From the NCBI GenBank assembly GCA_034521025.1, contig JAXHMZ010000005.1:197176-261175 (forward strand): a stretch of 64,000 nucleotides of DNA, read 5' to 3'. The stretch comes from Candidatus Campbellbacteria bacterium. GTDB lineage: Bacteria; Patescibacteriota; Minisyncoccia; Phycocordibacterales; JAXHMZ01. This document shows positions 47,591 through 57,297 of this stretch, one piece after another. The notes beneath the pieces are model-generated. The model made no database searches and had not been told where the DNA came from. It saw nothing but the letters and a program-made list of their open reading frames with translations. Both the position numbers and the translations under genes were made by a program. How positions within the stretch are numbered: position 1 is the stretch's first letter; every line of letters starts with the position of its first letter.

Positions 47591-48190
47591 ATGGAAGGGA
47601 CATTCATTCTCATCATGGGGCCATCCGGAAGCGGTAAGGGTACTTTGCTTTCGCATATACGCAAGCGTTTCTCCGAAGAAGCTGAGGTGGTTTTCCCGGT
47701 TTCGTGTACTACGCGCGCTATCCGACCGGGCGAGAAAGATGGCGAGACTTACTATTTTATATCTCGAGAGGAATTTAACGAAAGGATCAATAACGATGAG
47801 TTTTTGGAGTGGGCTGAATATGGAGGCAATCTTTACGGAACTCTTAAATCGGAAATAATGTCACCTTTAAAAGACGACCTTGTGGTGGTCAGAGAGGTTG
47901 AAGTTCAAGGAGTTCGTTCGATACTGTCGATCTTTCCGCGCCCTAACCTTCATTTGGTATATGTTGACGCGGGAGAATGGAGTGATTTTGAAAAAAGAAT
48001 AAAGTCACGCGCACCCATTGAGGATAAAGAATTGAAAGAAAGACAAGAGCGTTATAAGGATGAATTGTCCTTTAGAGAAAAAGCGGACGAAGTTATCTCT
48101 AATAGAGATGGAGAACTTGGTGAGGCAAAGAAAAGAATGGAGAAAATAGTTTCTTCTAAATTGAGCGATAGAGTTCAACGAGAAAGTTGA
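47591..48190 (+). CDS. gmk: Guanylate kinase
   Basis: GPSGSGKGT, SCTTRAIRPGEKDGETYYF, EWAEYGGNLYGT; start ATG 47591. Confidence 0.93.
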   Translation: MEGTFILIMGPSGSGKGTLLSHIRKRFSEEAEVVFPVSCTTRAIRPGEKDGETYYFISREEFNERINNDEFLEWAEYGGNLYGTLKSEIMSPLKDDLVVVREVEVQGVRSILSIFPRPNLHLVYVDAGEWSDFEKRIKSRAPIEDKELKERQERYKDELSFREKADEVISNRDGELGEAKKRMEKIVSSKLSDRVQRES

Positions 48191-48225
48191 ATTGAATAAC
48201 GCGATCAGATAGACTGTCTACTAGT

Positions 48226-48819
48226 ATGAATCAACACACTATAATATTTATCGGAAGCCAAGGGAGCGGAAAGGGTACTCAAGCCCAGCGCCTAACAGAA
48301 TATTTGGAAGTAGAATATCCGGAAGTGCCGGTATTTCTTTTTGGTACGGGAGAAGGATTTCGGAATTTTGCGAAAGAAGAAGGTTATACGAACAAAATCG
48401 TTGCTGACTATCTTTCGCGGGGAGAGATATTGCCGGTCTTTTTGCCGATTTGGTTATGGACAAAGATGTGTATAGAGAACTTAAAGGGCAACGAGCATAT
48501 AGTTTTTGAGGGTTCTCCGCGCACGAAATTGGAGGCGCAAGTAATGGAAAGCGCGTTTGATTTTTATGCCCGAGATTCGGTAACTGTGATAAAGCTTGAG
48601 GTTTCCAAAGAAGAGGTGGTCAGGCGGCTCTTGGAGCGCGGACGCTCAGATGATACAAGAGAAGCTATTGAAGAGCGTCTTAGTTGGTACGAGGAAAATG
48701 TAAATCCCGCGCTTGAATTTTTTGCAGAAAATTCTCGTTATGATCTTGTTTCTATAGACGGTGAAAAAACGCCTGATGAAGTATTTGAAAGTATTTTAGA
48801 AAAAACTAACTTGAGTTAA
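48226..48819 (+). CDS. Adenylate-kinase-like NMP kinase 1 (short, no LID)
   Basis: GSQGSGKGTQA, TGEGFR, EGSPRT..EA, RGRSDD. Confidence 0.85.
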   Translation: MNQHTIIFIGSQGSGKGTQAQRLTEYLEVEYPEVPVFLFGTGEGFRNFAKEEGYTNKIVADYLSRGEILPVFLPIWLWTKMCIENLKGNEHIVFEGSPRTKLEAQVMESAFDFYARDSVTVIKLEVSKEEVVRRLLERGRSDDTREAIEERLSWYEENVNPALEFFAENSRYDLVSIDGEKTPDEVFESILEKTNLS

Positions 48820-48821
48820 TT

Positions 48822-49451
48822 ATGGATCTCCAAACTTTTATTATTCTAGGAAGTTCGGGAAGTGGTAAGGGAACGCAAACACGAATGTTGAATCAATATC
48901 TGGAAGAGGTAGACAAAGAAAGGGGTGTGATAGAGCTTGTGATGGGAGACAATCTTCGCGAGTTGTGGAGAAGGCAAGGGTATACAGAAGAAAGGTCAAA
49001 AGAACTAATGGAGCTCGGGAAATTGCAACCGAGCTTTTTACAGATCTATACTTGGACGCAATTCTTTATTGATAATTTGGAAGGGAATGAACATTTGATC
49101 GTTGACGGTACTCCGCGAAGAATTGAGGACGCTATTGCTATGGATTCTGCCTTCCGTTTTTATGAAAGACCAAAGCCGAAATTTATTTTTCTTGATATTT
49201 CGCGTGAAGAAGCAAAGAAGAGGTTATTAGAAAGATCCGCGCAGTCTAAAAATAAAACAGACTTGCGTTCAATTGAGGACGAGGAGGAAAAAATTGAATC
49301 ACGTCTCGACTGGTTTGAAGAATTTGTACTACCGGCTGTTGACTTTTTTAAGAATAATCCGGATTATAAATTTATTAATATAGATGGAGAGCTTCCAGTT
49401 GAAGAGGTGCATAGAAGTATAATCAAAAAAGCATTCGAAGATGATCTGTAA
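48822..49451 (+). CDS. Adenylate-kinase-like NMP kinase 2 (paralogue)
   Basis: GSSGSGKGTQT, MGDNLR, DGTPRR, RL.WF. Confidence 0.82.
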   Translation: MDLQTFIILGSSGSGKGTQTRMLNQYLEEVDKERGVIELVMGDNLRELWRRQGYTEERSKELMELGKLQPSFLQIYTWTQFFIDNLEGNEHLIVDGTPRRIEDAIAMDSAFRFYERPKPKFIFLDISREEAKKRLLERSAQSKNKTDLRSIEDEEEKIESRLDWFEEFVLPAVDFFKNNPDYKFINIDGELPVEEVHRSIIKKAFEDDL

Positions 49452-50208
49452 AACAGAACAAGAAAAAGAGATCTTGCGAGAGGGAGGCAAGCGCCTTGCC
49501 GAAATCCGCTCTGTTCTAGCCGAGAAAACTAAAGCTGGTGTCTCTACAGTGGAATTGGATGAGTTGGCTTATCAATTGTGTACTAAGGACGGAGATCTGC
49601 CCGCGTTTCTGAACTATACTCCTTTTGGAGCGCCCAGACCCTTTCCTTCCAGTATATGTGTTTCCGTAAACGACGTCGTGGTACACGGAATTCCGACTGA
49701 AGATCCGCGAGTCATAAAAGAAGGAGATTTGGTTACTATTGACGTAGGTTTAGTTCACAAAGGGCTGATAACAGACAGTGCTATTACGGTAGAAGTGGGA
49801 GAGGTAAAAGATAGAGAACACAGAATGGTTGTGGCTGCGAGAGAAGCGCTCGATAAGGCCATAAAAAAGGTTCGTGCCGGTGTGCGCGTAGGAGAGATAT
49901 CAAAAGTCATAGAACAGACCGTTAAAGAACAAGGTTTTGGCGTGCCCCAGGAATTGGGAGGCCACGGAGTTGGCAAGTCAATACACGAAGAACCAAGTAT
50001 CACGAACGTTTTCTTTGGGAACCTTGGTCCTTCCTTGCGAGAAGGAGAGGTAATAGCCATAGAGCCGATCATTACTATGGGCAAGGGAGATATAGTTTTC
50101 GATCACAAGGATGGATACACGATAACCACCAAAGATGGTTCAAAAAGCGCGCATTCAGAACACACCTTAATTGTAACCAAGAACGGATCTGAGATCTTGA
50201 CTGTTTAA
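49441..50208 (+). CDS. map: Methionine aminopeptidase type I
   Basis: CVSVNDVVVHGIP, TDSA.T, GHGVG..IHEEP, AIEP, SAHSEHT. Confidence 0.96.
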   Translation: MICKTEQEKEILREGGKRLAEIRSVLAEKTKAGVSTVELDELAYQLCTKDGDLPAFLNYTPFGAPRPFPSSICVSVNDVVVHGIPTEDPRVIKEGDLVTIDVGLVHKGLITDSAITVEVGEVKDREHRMVVAAREALDKAIKKVRAGVRVGEISKVIEQTVKEQGFGVPQELGGHGVGKSIHEEPSITNVFFGNLGPSLREGEVIAIEPIITMGKGDIVFDHKDGYTITTKDGSKSAHSEHTLIVTKNGSEILTV

Positions 50209-50253
50209 AGAATTCACATGGCGTAGTTTTTCCTATGGTACAATTGAGAGTAT

Positions 50254-51780
50254 ATGGTGGACGCATCTAACCAAGGAACAACATCGCAAGATATTTCACG
50301 TGCCGCGAATGTAGATTCGCATGACGTGGAGGACATAGATCGAGAACTGGAGGCCTATTTAGAGGAAAAACGCTCCGGTAAATCAATGAACTTTGATCAT
50401 TCTGTGGATGAGCAGTTATCCAATATAAGACAAAAAATGAAATCGGGTGGCCGAGAAAACAAATCTTCTTCAGTGGGCGGAGGGGTGCCACAGAAAGCTG
50501 ATTCTAAAAATTCTAGTAACAATAGCTCGGCTCATTCTGCTGACGTGAAAAGTTCAGACTCCGAGCACGAGAATATCATTCGGTCGCTCGAAGAGAAATA
50601 TAGTGTTGGCAAAGAAAAAGCCAAAGATAACAAAGCACCAGATCAGCCGAAGGAAAGAGAGGATTCAAACGGGGAAGATAAAAAAGACACTAAAGATACT
50701 AAAGCGACCAAAGAAACCGAAGAAAACGCAAAAAAAGATCAAGCTGGCGGCGACTCACCCGACATTTCTCTAGGCAGGTTAATGGATAATATTGAAGGTT
50801 TGGATGAGCCACACGCCAAAACTTTATATGAAAAGATCAAGCAATTGCCCGAAAGATCCCAAGGAAAGATCATTGATGATTTTCTGCCTAAGTTACGGCG
50901 CAACAAAGAACGCAAAGAACTTTTCGAAAGAACTCAATCAGAACTGGAAAACGAACTGAAAAACTTTTTGGATAATAATGCATCTCCTAACACCTCGACA
51001 GACGACGAAAGTTTGGCTAAACCGCTGACTTTCTCAAAAGACACTCCTAACGAGGAAGCCACAGTATCGGAAAAATCGAAAGGATTTGATGTCCTTGATA
51101 GACAGAAAAATACCACTGAGAATGTTCATAGATTCTCAGAAAATCAGGACTCTGGGCAAAAAGAAAAGGCTAGTGAAGAAGAAACCGTATCTAGTAGTAC
51201 AAGTGTAGATGAGAAAGATTCAAAGGAGGAAGGTGAAGCCGACGAGAAGATAAAAGAAAACCAAGATACTCTTTCTGAAGCGAGAGATACTAAAACGAAA
51301 GAAACAAACGAAGTAGAAGAAGCAAGTCAAGCGAACGAGATCGATGAGAAAAAGTCTGAAGTATTCGAAGCTGCGCAAGAAGAAAAGGTTAAAAAAGAAC
51401 CGAGAGAAGAAGAGCGTCCAGAAGGACAGGAAAGCCCAGATAAAGTCAGCCTAAAAGACGAATCCAAAGATAAAGAAGAAACACCTGGAGAGAAAGCCGA
51501 AGGATTTGAAAAAGCTGCAAAAGAGGAAAGTCAAGATACAGAGGACAATATCATAGAAGAATATAAGCAATATTTGGCAGGACTTGATAAAAAGCCGGTG
51601 GTGCTAGTTTATGAACCAGAGAACGGCTTTGTGAGGAAAGAAGTTAATCCAGAAGATTCTTCTCTCAACCTTTCCTATTCCTACGACAAAGAATCAGATT
51701 CGGTAGTTCTTTCAATATTTGACACTGAAGGTAACGAGCTTGGCTCCCAAAGGACTCCACGGAGCAAGATCAAATCCTAG
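50254..51780 (+). CDS. Acidic low-complexity hypothetical protein, 508 aa
   Basis: Long E/K/D/S-rich ORF; TGgTACAAT 9 nt before ATG; 3 nt gap to next gene. Confidence 0.75.
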   Translation: MVDASNQGTTSQDISRAANVDSHDVEDIDRELEAYLEEKRSGKSMNFDHSVDEQLSNIRQKMKSGGRENKSSSVGGGVPQKADSKNSSNNSSAHSADVKSSDSEHENIIRSLEEKYSVGKEKAKDNKAPDQPKEREDSNGEDKKDTKDTKATKETEENAKKDQAGGDSPDISLGRLMDNIEGLDEPHAKTLYEKIKQLPERSQGKIIDDFLPKLRRNKERKELFERTQSELENELKNFLDNNASPNTSTDDESLAKPLTFSKDTPNEEATVSEKSKGFDVLDRQKNTTENVHRFSENQDSGQKEKASEEETVSSSTSVDEKDSKEEGEADEKIKENQDTLSEARDTKTKETNEVEEASQANEIDEKKSEVFEAAQEEKVKKEPREEERPEGQESPDKVSLKDESKDKEETPGEKAEGFEKAAKEESQDTEDNIIEEYKQYLAGLDKKPVVLVYEPENGFVRKEVNPEDSSLNLSYSYDKESDSVVLSIFDTEGNELGSQRTPRSKIKS

Positions 51781-51783
51781 CGT

Positions 51784-54537
51784 ATGGAAAGAAATCCATT
51801 CGAGGGAAAGAAATTTGATAGTACCGAAGAGGAACTCGCGTTCCTTCGCGAGGAGCTGCGCAAAAGAGAGAGTGCTCTTGAAACGCTACCTGGTGAGAGT
51901 CAAGAAGTAGAAAGAGAAAACAGAGAAGCCAAAGCGCGTGAGGTTGTATCTGAATACGCGAATAACTCTTTTGCTTTAAATGAAGAGAGACCGGAAGAAA
52001 TCACTCAGTCGCCGGAAATTAAGGAGCTTGGTTTAGCTCCGGAAAAACACGACGAAAAAGTCTCCGAATTGCTGAATTTGGCCAAGGAGAAAGGCATCAA
52101 ACAGACTCTAAGAGAAGTTCGAGCTCTCAATGATCCGCATCTCGAAGACGACTTTCACCGTCTTTTAGCGGAATATATAAAGACAGACCATCAGTTATCA
52201 GGGGTTGAAAATAACAAACGACTTTCCAGGGGTCTAAATCTCTCTCTTTTTGAGGTTAAGGTATCAAAGTCGGACCTCGACGACGGCAAAGATGAAACTT
52301 TTAAATCAAATCATTCCCTTATGCAGGAGTTGTTCTCCGGTCTTCGCTCTATTGCAGAAGGTGGCATAGAAGGAGGAAAAAAAGGTTTTTACTTTGGAAT
52401 AGAAATTGCTCTTGAGTACATTGGATCTCAAGTGAGATTTTTTGTAGCTATTCCCAAAGAAAAAATAGAGATGTTCGAGAAACAATTTTCTGCTTTATTT
52501 CCGAATGCGCACATCTCTTACGTAAAGGATGACTATAATATCTTTAATGAAAACGGCAAAGCAAGTGTTTCCAGAGGGTTCCTGAAATCTTCTGAAATTT
52601 TACCTATACGCACTTTTGATCTTTTCGAAACCGACCCTCTTAATACCATTTTGAATTCTTTTACTGAACTTGAACGCGAAGGTGAAGGGGCGGCGTTACA
52701 GTTCTTATTTTCTCCTCGTGGAGAAGGGGCGAACAAAAATTTTCGAGAGGTTAAAGAAAGGGTAGAAAAAGGGTCCAGTTTAGACAAAGCATTAGAAGAG
52801 GGCACTTTAGCCGGAGAATTCAAGAAACTTTTTCTACCCGGAAAGAAAAAGTCTAAAAACGAAGATGAACGAGAAGAGGTTTCAGAAAACGAGGAATTGG
52901 TAGAAAAGATAGAAAATAAAATATCTTCTCCTTTGTATAAAGTTAACATTCGCGTAATTACTTCAGCTAACGAAGTAGGCAGGGCAAAAGTTATTCGCGA
53001 GAACATAGAGTCGGCTTTCAATCAATTTGACCTTGAAGGATCGAACGCTATTCGTTTCAAAGAAGTTAAAGGCAACGCATTACGGAAGTTTGAGAACAAA
53101 TATTCTTTTAGATTGTTTGATGAGAGCAATGCCTTTTCGTTAAATACAAGAGAAGCGGCAACGCTTGTTCATATTCCCGGGCTTGGTACACATGTTTTAA
53201 GATCTTCGGGTTCACCTGGTCGTGAATCAGGAGCGCCTCCGAATGATATGCCGGAAGAGGGACTTTTGGTTGGCACTAATGATTATAGAGGGCGTGAACG
53301 CAAGATATTCCTTTCTCCCGACGATCGTCTGCGTCACTTGTATGTAGTAGGGCAAACCGGCACCGGTAAGACCACTATGTTAAAAAATATGATCACTCAA
53401 GACATATTGGATGGAGAAGGTGTCTGTATGATAGATCCGCACGGCTCAGATATAGAAGACATTCTAGCGGTTGTACCCGAAGAAAGATATGACGATGTCA
53501 TATATTTTGATCCGAGCGATCAGTCTCGTCCGATGGGACTTAATATGCTTGAGTTTGACAGCACTAGACCCGAAGAGAAAACGTTCGTTGTGAACGAAAT
53601 GTTATCTATATTTAACAAACTCTTCGATATGAAGACGGCGGGAGGTCCTATGTTTGAGCAGTATTTCCGCAACGCCGTACTATTGGCTCTAGGAGGAGAT
53701 GAGCCGGCTACTCTCTTTGATGTTTCGCGAGTCTTATCCGACGCTGATTTTCGCAACAAGAAAATTTCTGTTTCTAATAATCCGCCAGTAATACAATTTT
53801 GGAATGAGATAGCAAACAAAGCGGGCGGAGAAGCGTCGTTGCAAAATATAGTTCCTTACATTACTTCAAAATTTGATGTCTTTCTTTCTAATGACGTAAT
53901 GCGGCCTATTATTGCCCAGAAGCAATCATCCTTTAGTTTTCGTGAAGTTATGGATGAGAGAAAAATTCTCTTGGTCAATCTTTCCAAAGGAAAATTGGGC
54001 GATATAAACTCTTCTCTTATCGGCCTTATAATCGTCGGGAAATTGCTCCTAGCGGCGCTATCGCGAGCGGATTCGCAAAGAGAAGAATTTCCTCCTTTCT
54101 ATTTATACTTAGATGAGTTCCAAAACATAACCACCGACTCCATATCTACGATCCTTTCTGAGGCGCGCAAATATAAGCTTTCTCTCACGGTGGCGCACCA
54201 GTTCATAGCTCAACTTTCCGAACCCATTCGTGATGCGGTATTTGGCAACGTCGGGTCACTTGCAAGTTTTAGGGTGGGTGCCGATGATGCTGAATATTTG
54301 GAAAAATTATTTTCACCGACTTTTGATGCTCAAGATATTATGAATATTCAAAATCGTCAGGCAATACTGAAGCCGTTGGTCAGCGGCACCCCTCGTGATC
54401 CGTTTTTGATAAATACGCAGGCGCCAGTTGAAGGTAATGAGGGCCAAATAGAGAAACTCAAGGATCTTTCTAAAGACAGATTCGGGCGTGATCGTACAGA
54501 AATCGAAAGAGAGATCATAGAGAACTATAGAAAATGA
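51784..54537 (+). CDS. VirD4/TraG/TrwB-like coupling ATPase (HerA/FtsK superfamily)
   Basis: DRLRHLYVVGQTGTGKT, IDPHG, YLDEFQN, LSEARKY, AHQFIAQL, FGNVG, FRVG..DAE. Confidence 0.88.
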   Translation: MERNPFEGKKFDSTEEELAFLREELRKRESALETLPGESQEVERENREAKAREVVSEYANNSFALNEERPEEITQSPEIKELGLAPEKHDEKVSELLNLAKEKGIKQTLREVRALNDPHLEDDFHRLLAEYIKTDHQLSGVENNKRLSRGLNLSLFEVKVSKSDLDDGKDETFKSNHSLMQELFSGLRSIAEGGIEGGKKGFYFGIEIALEYIGSQVRFFVAIPKEKIEMFEKQFSALFPNAHISYVKDDYNIFNENGKASVSRGFLKSSEILPIRTFDLFETDPLNTILNSFTELEREGEGAALQFLFSPRGEGANKNFREVKERVEKGSSLDKALEEGTLAGEFKKLFLPGKKKSKNEDEREEVSENEELVEKIENKISSPLYKVNIRVITSANEVGRAKVIRENIESAFNQFDLEGSNAIRFKEVKGNALRKFENKYSFRLFDESNAFSLNTREAATLVHIPGLGTHVLRSSGSPGRESGAPPNDMPEEGLLVGTNDYRGRERKIFLSPDDRLRHLYVVGQTGTGKTTMLKNMITQDILDGEGVCMIDPHGSDIEDILAVVPEERYDDVIYFDPSDQSRPMGLNMLEFDSTRPEEKTFVVNEMLSIFNKLFDMKTAGGPMFEQYFRNAVLLALGGDEPATLFDVSRVLSDADFRNKKISVSNNPPVIQFWNEIANKAGGEASLQNIVPYITSKFDVFLSNDVMRPIIAQKQSSFSFREVMDERKILLVNLSKGKLGDINSSLIGLIIVGKLLLAALSRADSQREEFPPFYLYLDEFQNITTDSISTILSEARKYKLSLTVAHQFIAQLSEPIRDAVFGNVGSLASFRVGADDAEYLEKLFSPTFDAQDIMNIQNRQAILKPLVSGTPRDPFLINTQAPVEGNEGQIEKLKDLSKDRFGRDRTEIEREIIENYRK

Positions 54538-54629
54538 TAGTCACTCATAAGAAATTTTTCGTTCGCATCTAGAAGAATTTGTTTATTGGTGTATAATCGA
54601 ATGCAAAGTTTTAACTAATAATAAGATAT

Positions 54630-55232
54630 ATGGATCATCCTAAAAAAGAACAAACGTTTGTAATGGTAAAACCCGATGGCGTACAACGTTCGCTTGTCGG
54701 AGAGATAGTTTCTCGCATTGAAAGAACTGGTTTGAAACTAGTCGGGCTTAAAATGCTTGTGCCCGGTCGATCCCAGGCGGCAGAGCATTACGGCAAGGAC
54801 GAAGCATGGTGCGAGAAAGTAGGAAACCGAATAATTGAAAACATAAAAGACAGTGGAGAAAAGCCGGGTAAATCGGCTCTCGAATACGGACAAGAAGTTT
54901 TGGAAGGGTTATATGATTTTCTTACCGCGGGACCTGTAGTTCAGATGGTGTTTGAAGGCAATCAAGCCGTTGGAGTAGTTAAAAAAATTGTTGGTGACAC
55001 AGAACCGCTATCGTCTGACGTCGGAACTATTCGCGGAGACCTGACCGTTGACTCTTATGAAATAGCTAATGTAGATGGTCGTGCGGTAAGGAATTTGATC
55101 CACTGCTCAGATGAACGGGAAGAAGCCAAGCGTGAAATACAAGTTTGGTTTAGCAAAGATGAGCTGGTGCGCTATCGTCATATCAATGAGCGTATGCTCT
55201 ATGACGTCAACATAGACGGGATTCTCGAGTAG
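54630..55232 (+). CDS. ndk: Nucleoside diphosphate kinase
   Basis: TFVMVKPDGVQR, GTIRGD, NLIHCSD, A.REI..WF. Confidence 0.95.
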   Translation: MDHPKKEQTFVMVKPDGVQRSLVGEIVSRIERTGLKLVGLKMLVPGRSQAAEHYGKDEAWCEKVGNRIIENIKDSGEKPGKSALEYGQEVLEGLYDFLTAGPVVQMVFEGNQAVGVVKKIVGDTEPLSSDVGTIRGDLTVDSYEIANVDGRAVRNLIHCSDEREEAKREIQVWFSKDELVRYRHINERMLYDVNIDGILE

Positions 55233-55288
55233 ACGAGTTGCTATTGTCGCCTATCTGTTGTATAAAGCGAGAGGAGAGAGGTGTTTTT

Positions 55289-55669
55289 ATGTCGGAGAAA
55301 ACCGTGAGTTTCGATAAGCGCTTGTTGCGTCTTGAAGGCTGTAACAGTAATGTCGCAACTAGACATCTGCGCAATGCCCGCTTCAGTGTCTACGGCAGAG
55401 TTCAAAAAGGGGATAACAACGCTATAAGTGATCGCAAAAAAGCCGCGATGTATCTTAGAAAAGTATTAGATGCGCGCGTGCTCCAAGTAAAGCTTAGCAA
55501 AGAGGAGTGGCAAGATTATGTTCCGGATATGCTGGAGCATTTGTTTGCCAGACACGCGATTCGAAAAGAAATCAACGGAGAAGCACCAATTAGAGAACTG
55601 GCCGAAGAGATCGAGACCTTGGCAGCCCGTCTAAGGGAAAGGTTTGTTCCTGATCCGGTTAGTAAATAA
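55289..55669 (+). CDS. Hypothetical helical orphan protein
   Basis: TTGCTA-N17-TATAAA (55238-55266), GAGGAG/GAGGTG SD, terminator AGGCGCACA..TGTGCGCCTTTT (55681-55703). Confidence 0.6.
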   Translation: MSEKTVSFDKRLLRLEGCNSNVATRHLRNARFSVYGRVQKGDNNAISDRKKAAMYLRKVLDARVLQVKLSKEEWQDYVPDMLEHLFARHAIRKEINGEAPIRELAEEIETLAARLRERFVPDPVSK

Positions 55670-55721
55670 GTTTCCAATCGAGGCGCACACATGTGCGCCT
55701 TTTGTTATAATACTAGGTAAT

Positions 55722-56603
55722 ATGAGTGATTCGAAAGATAAAGTCGCATTGCAAAAACGCCTTGATGAGATAATGAAAGGGATGTCATCGCCGGACTTTT
55801 GGAGTAACAAAGAACGCGCGCAAGAAACGGTTCGTGAGATGGAAGAAATAAAAGCTAAGATAGAGGGTGTGGGTAAGTACGATCGTGGTAACGCGATCCT
55901 TCATATTTATTCCGGCGCCGGAGGGGATGACGCGGACGATTTTGCTCGAATGTTGCTTAATATGTACCGAAACTACGCGGAAAAAATGGGATGGGGAGTT
56001 CAAGTACTTTCAAAAAGTGAATCAAACATAGGAGGAATAAAAACTCTATTTGTCGAGATTGTTGGCAAGGGTGCATATGGTACACTAAAGAGCGAGTCTG
56101 GGGTTCATAGACTAGTCCGGACTTCGCCGTTTAACAGTAAAGGTCAGAGGCATACCTCGTTTGCGATGGTTGAAGTTTTGCCTGTATTTGAAAAAACCGG
56201 TGAGATAGAGATCAATTCTGATGATGTTGAAATAGAGTTTTCAAAATCCAGCGGTCCGGGAGGTCAGAATGTTAACAAGAGAGAAACGGCGGTCAGGGTG
56301 ATCCATAAAGATACCGGTATCGCGGTTCAGGTTAGCTCTGAGCGCAGTCAAGCTCAGAATCGTGAAAAGGCTATGCAGATATTGGCGGCGCGCCTATGGG
56401 AGAAACAGGAAGAAGACCGAGAACGACTAGGAAAAGGACTTTCGCCGAGTACAAACACCGAGCCTGAATGGGGATCACAAATACGTTCGTACGTACTCCA
56501 TCCTTACAAAATGGTAAAAGACCACCGAACGGATACAGAGGTAAGGAATGTAGAAGGAGTACTCGAAGGAGACATTGAACCTTTCTTAAGAGCACAACAA
56601 TAA
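55722..56603 (+). CDS. prfB: Peptide chain release factor 2, short (293 aa), no frameshift
   Basis: ESGVHRLVRTSPF, RHTSFA, GPGGQNVNK, WGSQIRSYVL. Confidence 0.93.
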   Translation: MSDSKDKVALQKRLDEIMKGMSSPDFWSNKERAQETVREMEEIKAKIEGVGKYDRGNAILHIYSGAGGDDADDFARMLLNMYRNYAEKMGWGVQVLSKSESNIGGIKTLFVEIVGKGAYGTLKSESGVHRLVRTSPFNSKGQRHTSFAMVEVLPVFEKTGEIEINSDDVEIEFSKSSGPGGQNVNKRETAVRVIHKDTGIAVQVSSERSQAQNREKAMQILAARLWEKQEEDRERLGKGLSPSTNTEPEWGSQIRSYVLHPYKMVKDHRTDTEVRNVEGVLEGDIEPFLRAQQ

Positions 56604-56608
56604 AAAGC

Positions 56609-57289
56609 ATGATAATTTTTGATAATGTAACGAAAATATACGGCAACGGCGTACCGGCGATCGAAAAAGTCGCTTTTGGGGTCGAGCCGGGCGAGTTTGT
56701 CTCTATTGTCGGCCATTCGGGCGCCGGGAAATCTACCCTCGTAAAGCTTTTGTTAGCCGAAGAGATGCCTAGCGAAGGAACGGTACTTTTTGACAAGGTG
56801 GATATACATAATTTACGCAAGCGCGACATAAACCTTCTACGTAGGCGGTTGGGTGTGGTATTTCAGGATTTTCGTCTGCTTCCGCACAAAACCGTATTTG
56901 AGAATGTGGCTTTTGCGATGGAGGTCTCGGAGCGCACCGACAGTGAGATCGAATCTGATGTTCCTTACGCGTTGGAGTTGGTGGGACTCGAAAACAAAGA
57001 AGAGAATTTCCCTAACGAGTTATCCGGCGGTGAGGCGCAACGTCTCGCTATAGCTCGCGCGATCGTAACCCAGCCGGATGTATTAATAGCTGACGAGCCT
57101 ACAGGAAACTTGGATCCGGTAAATATTCACGACATAATACGAATCCTGGAGAAGATAAACAGTTTGGGTACAACAATTTTGTTGACTACTCATAATAAAG
57201 GAGTCGTGGATTCGTTGGATCAGCGCGTCATAACAATGGAAAACGGCCGGATCGTTCGTGACGATAGAAAGGGGCGATACATTATTTAA
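56609..57289 (+). CDS. ftsE: Cell division ATP-binding protein FtsE
   Basis: [33 protein letters not shown]. Confidence 0.94.
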   Translation: MIIFDNVTKIYGNGVPAIEKVAFGVEPGEFVSIVGHSGAGKSTLVKLLLAEEMPSEGTVLFDKVDIHNLRKRDINLLRRRLGVVFQDFRLLPHKTVFENVAFAMEVSERTDSEIESDVPYALELVGLENKEENFPNELSGGEAQRLAIARAIVTQPDVLIADEPTGNLDPVNIHDIIRILEKINSLGTTILLTTHNKGVVDSLDQRVITMENGRIVRDDRKGRYII

Positions 57290-57297
57290 CTAATAGT

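Noticed and set aside
55644-55721. Upstream prfB exon with programmed frameshift
   Set aside because: No CTT-TGA site; the region holds a terminator and a -10 element, and the upstream ORF does not resemble RF2.
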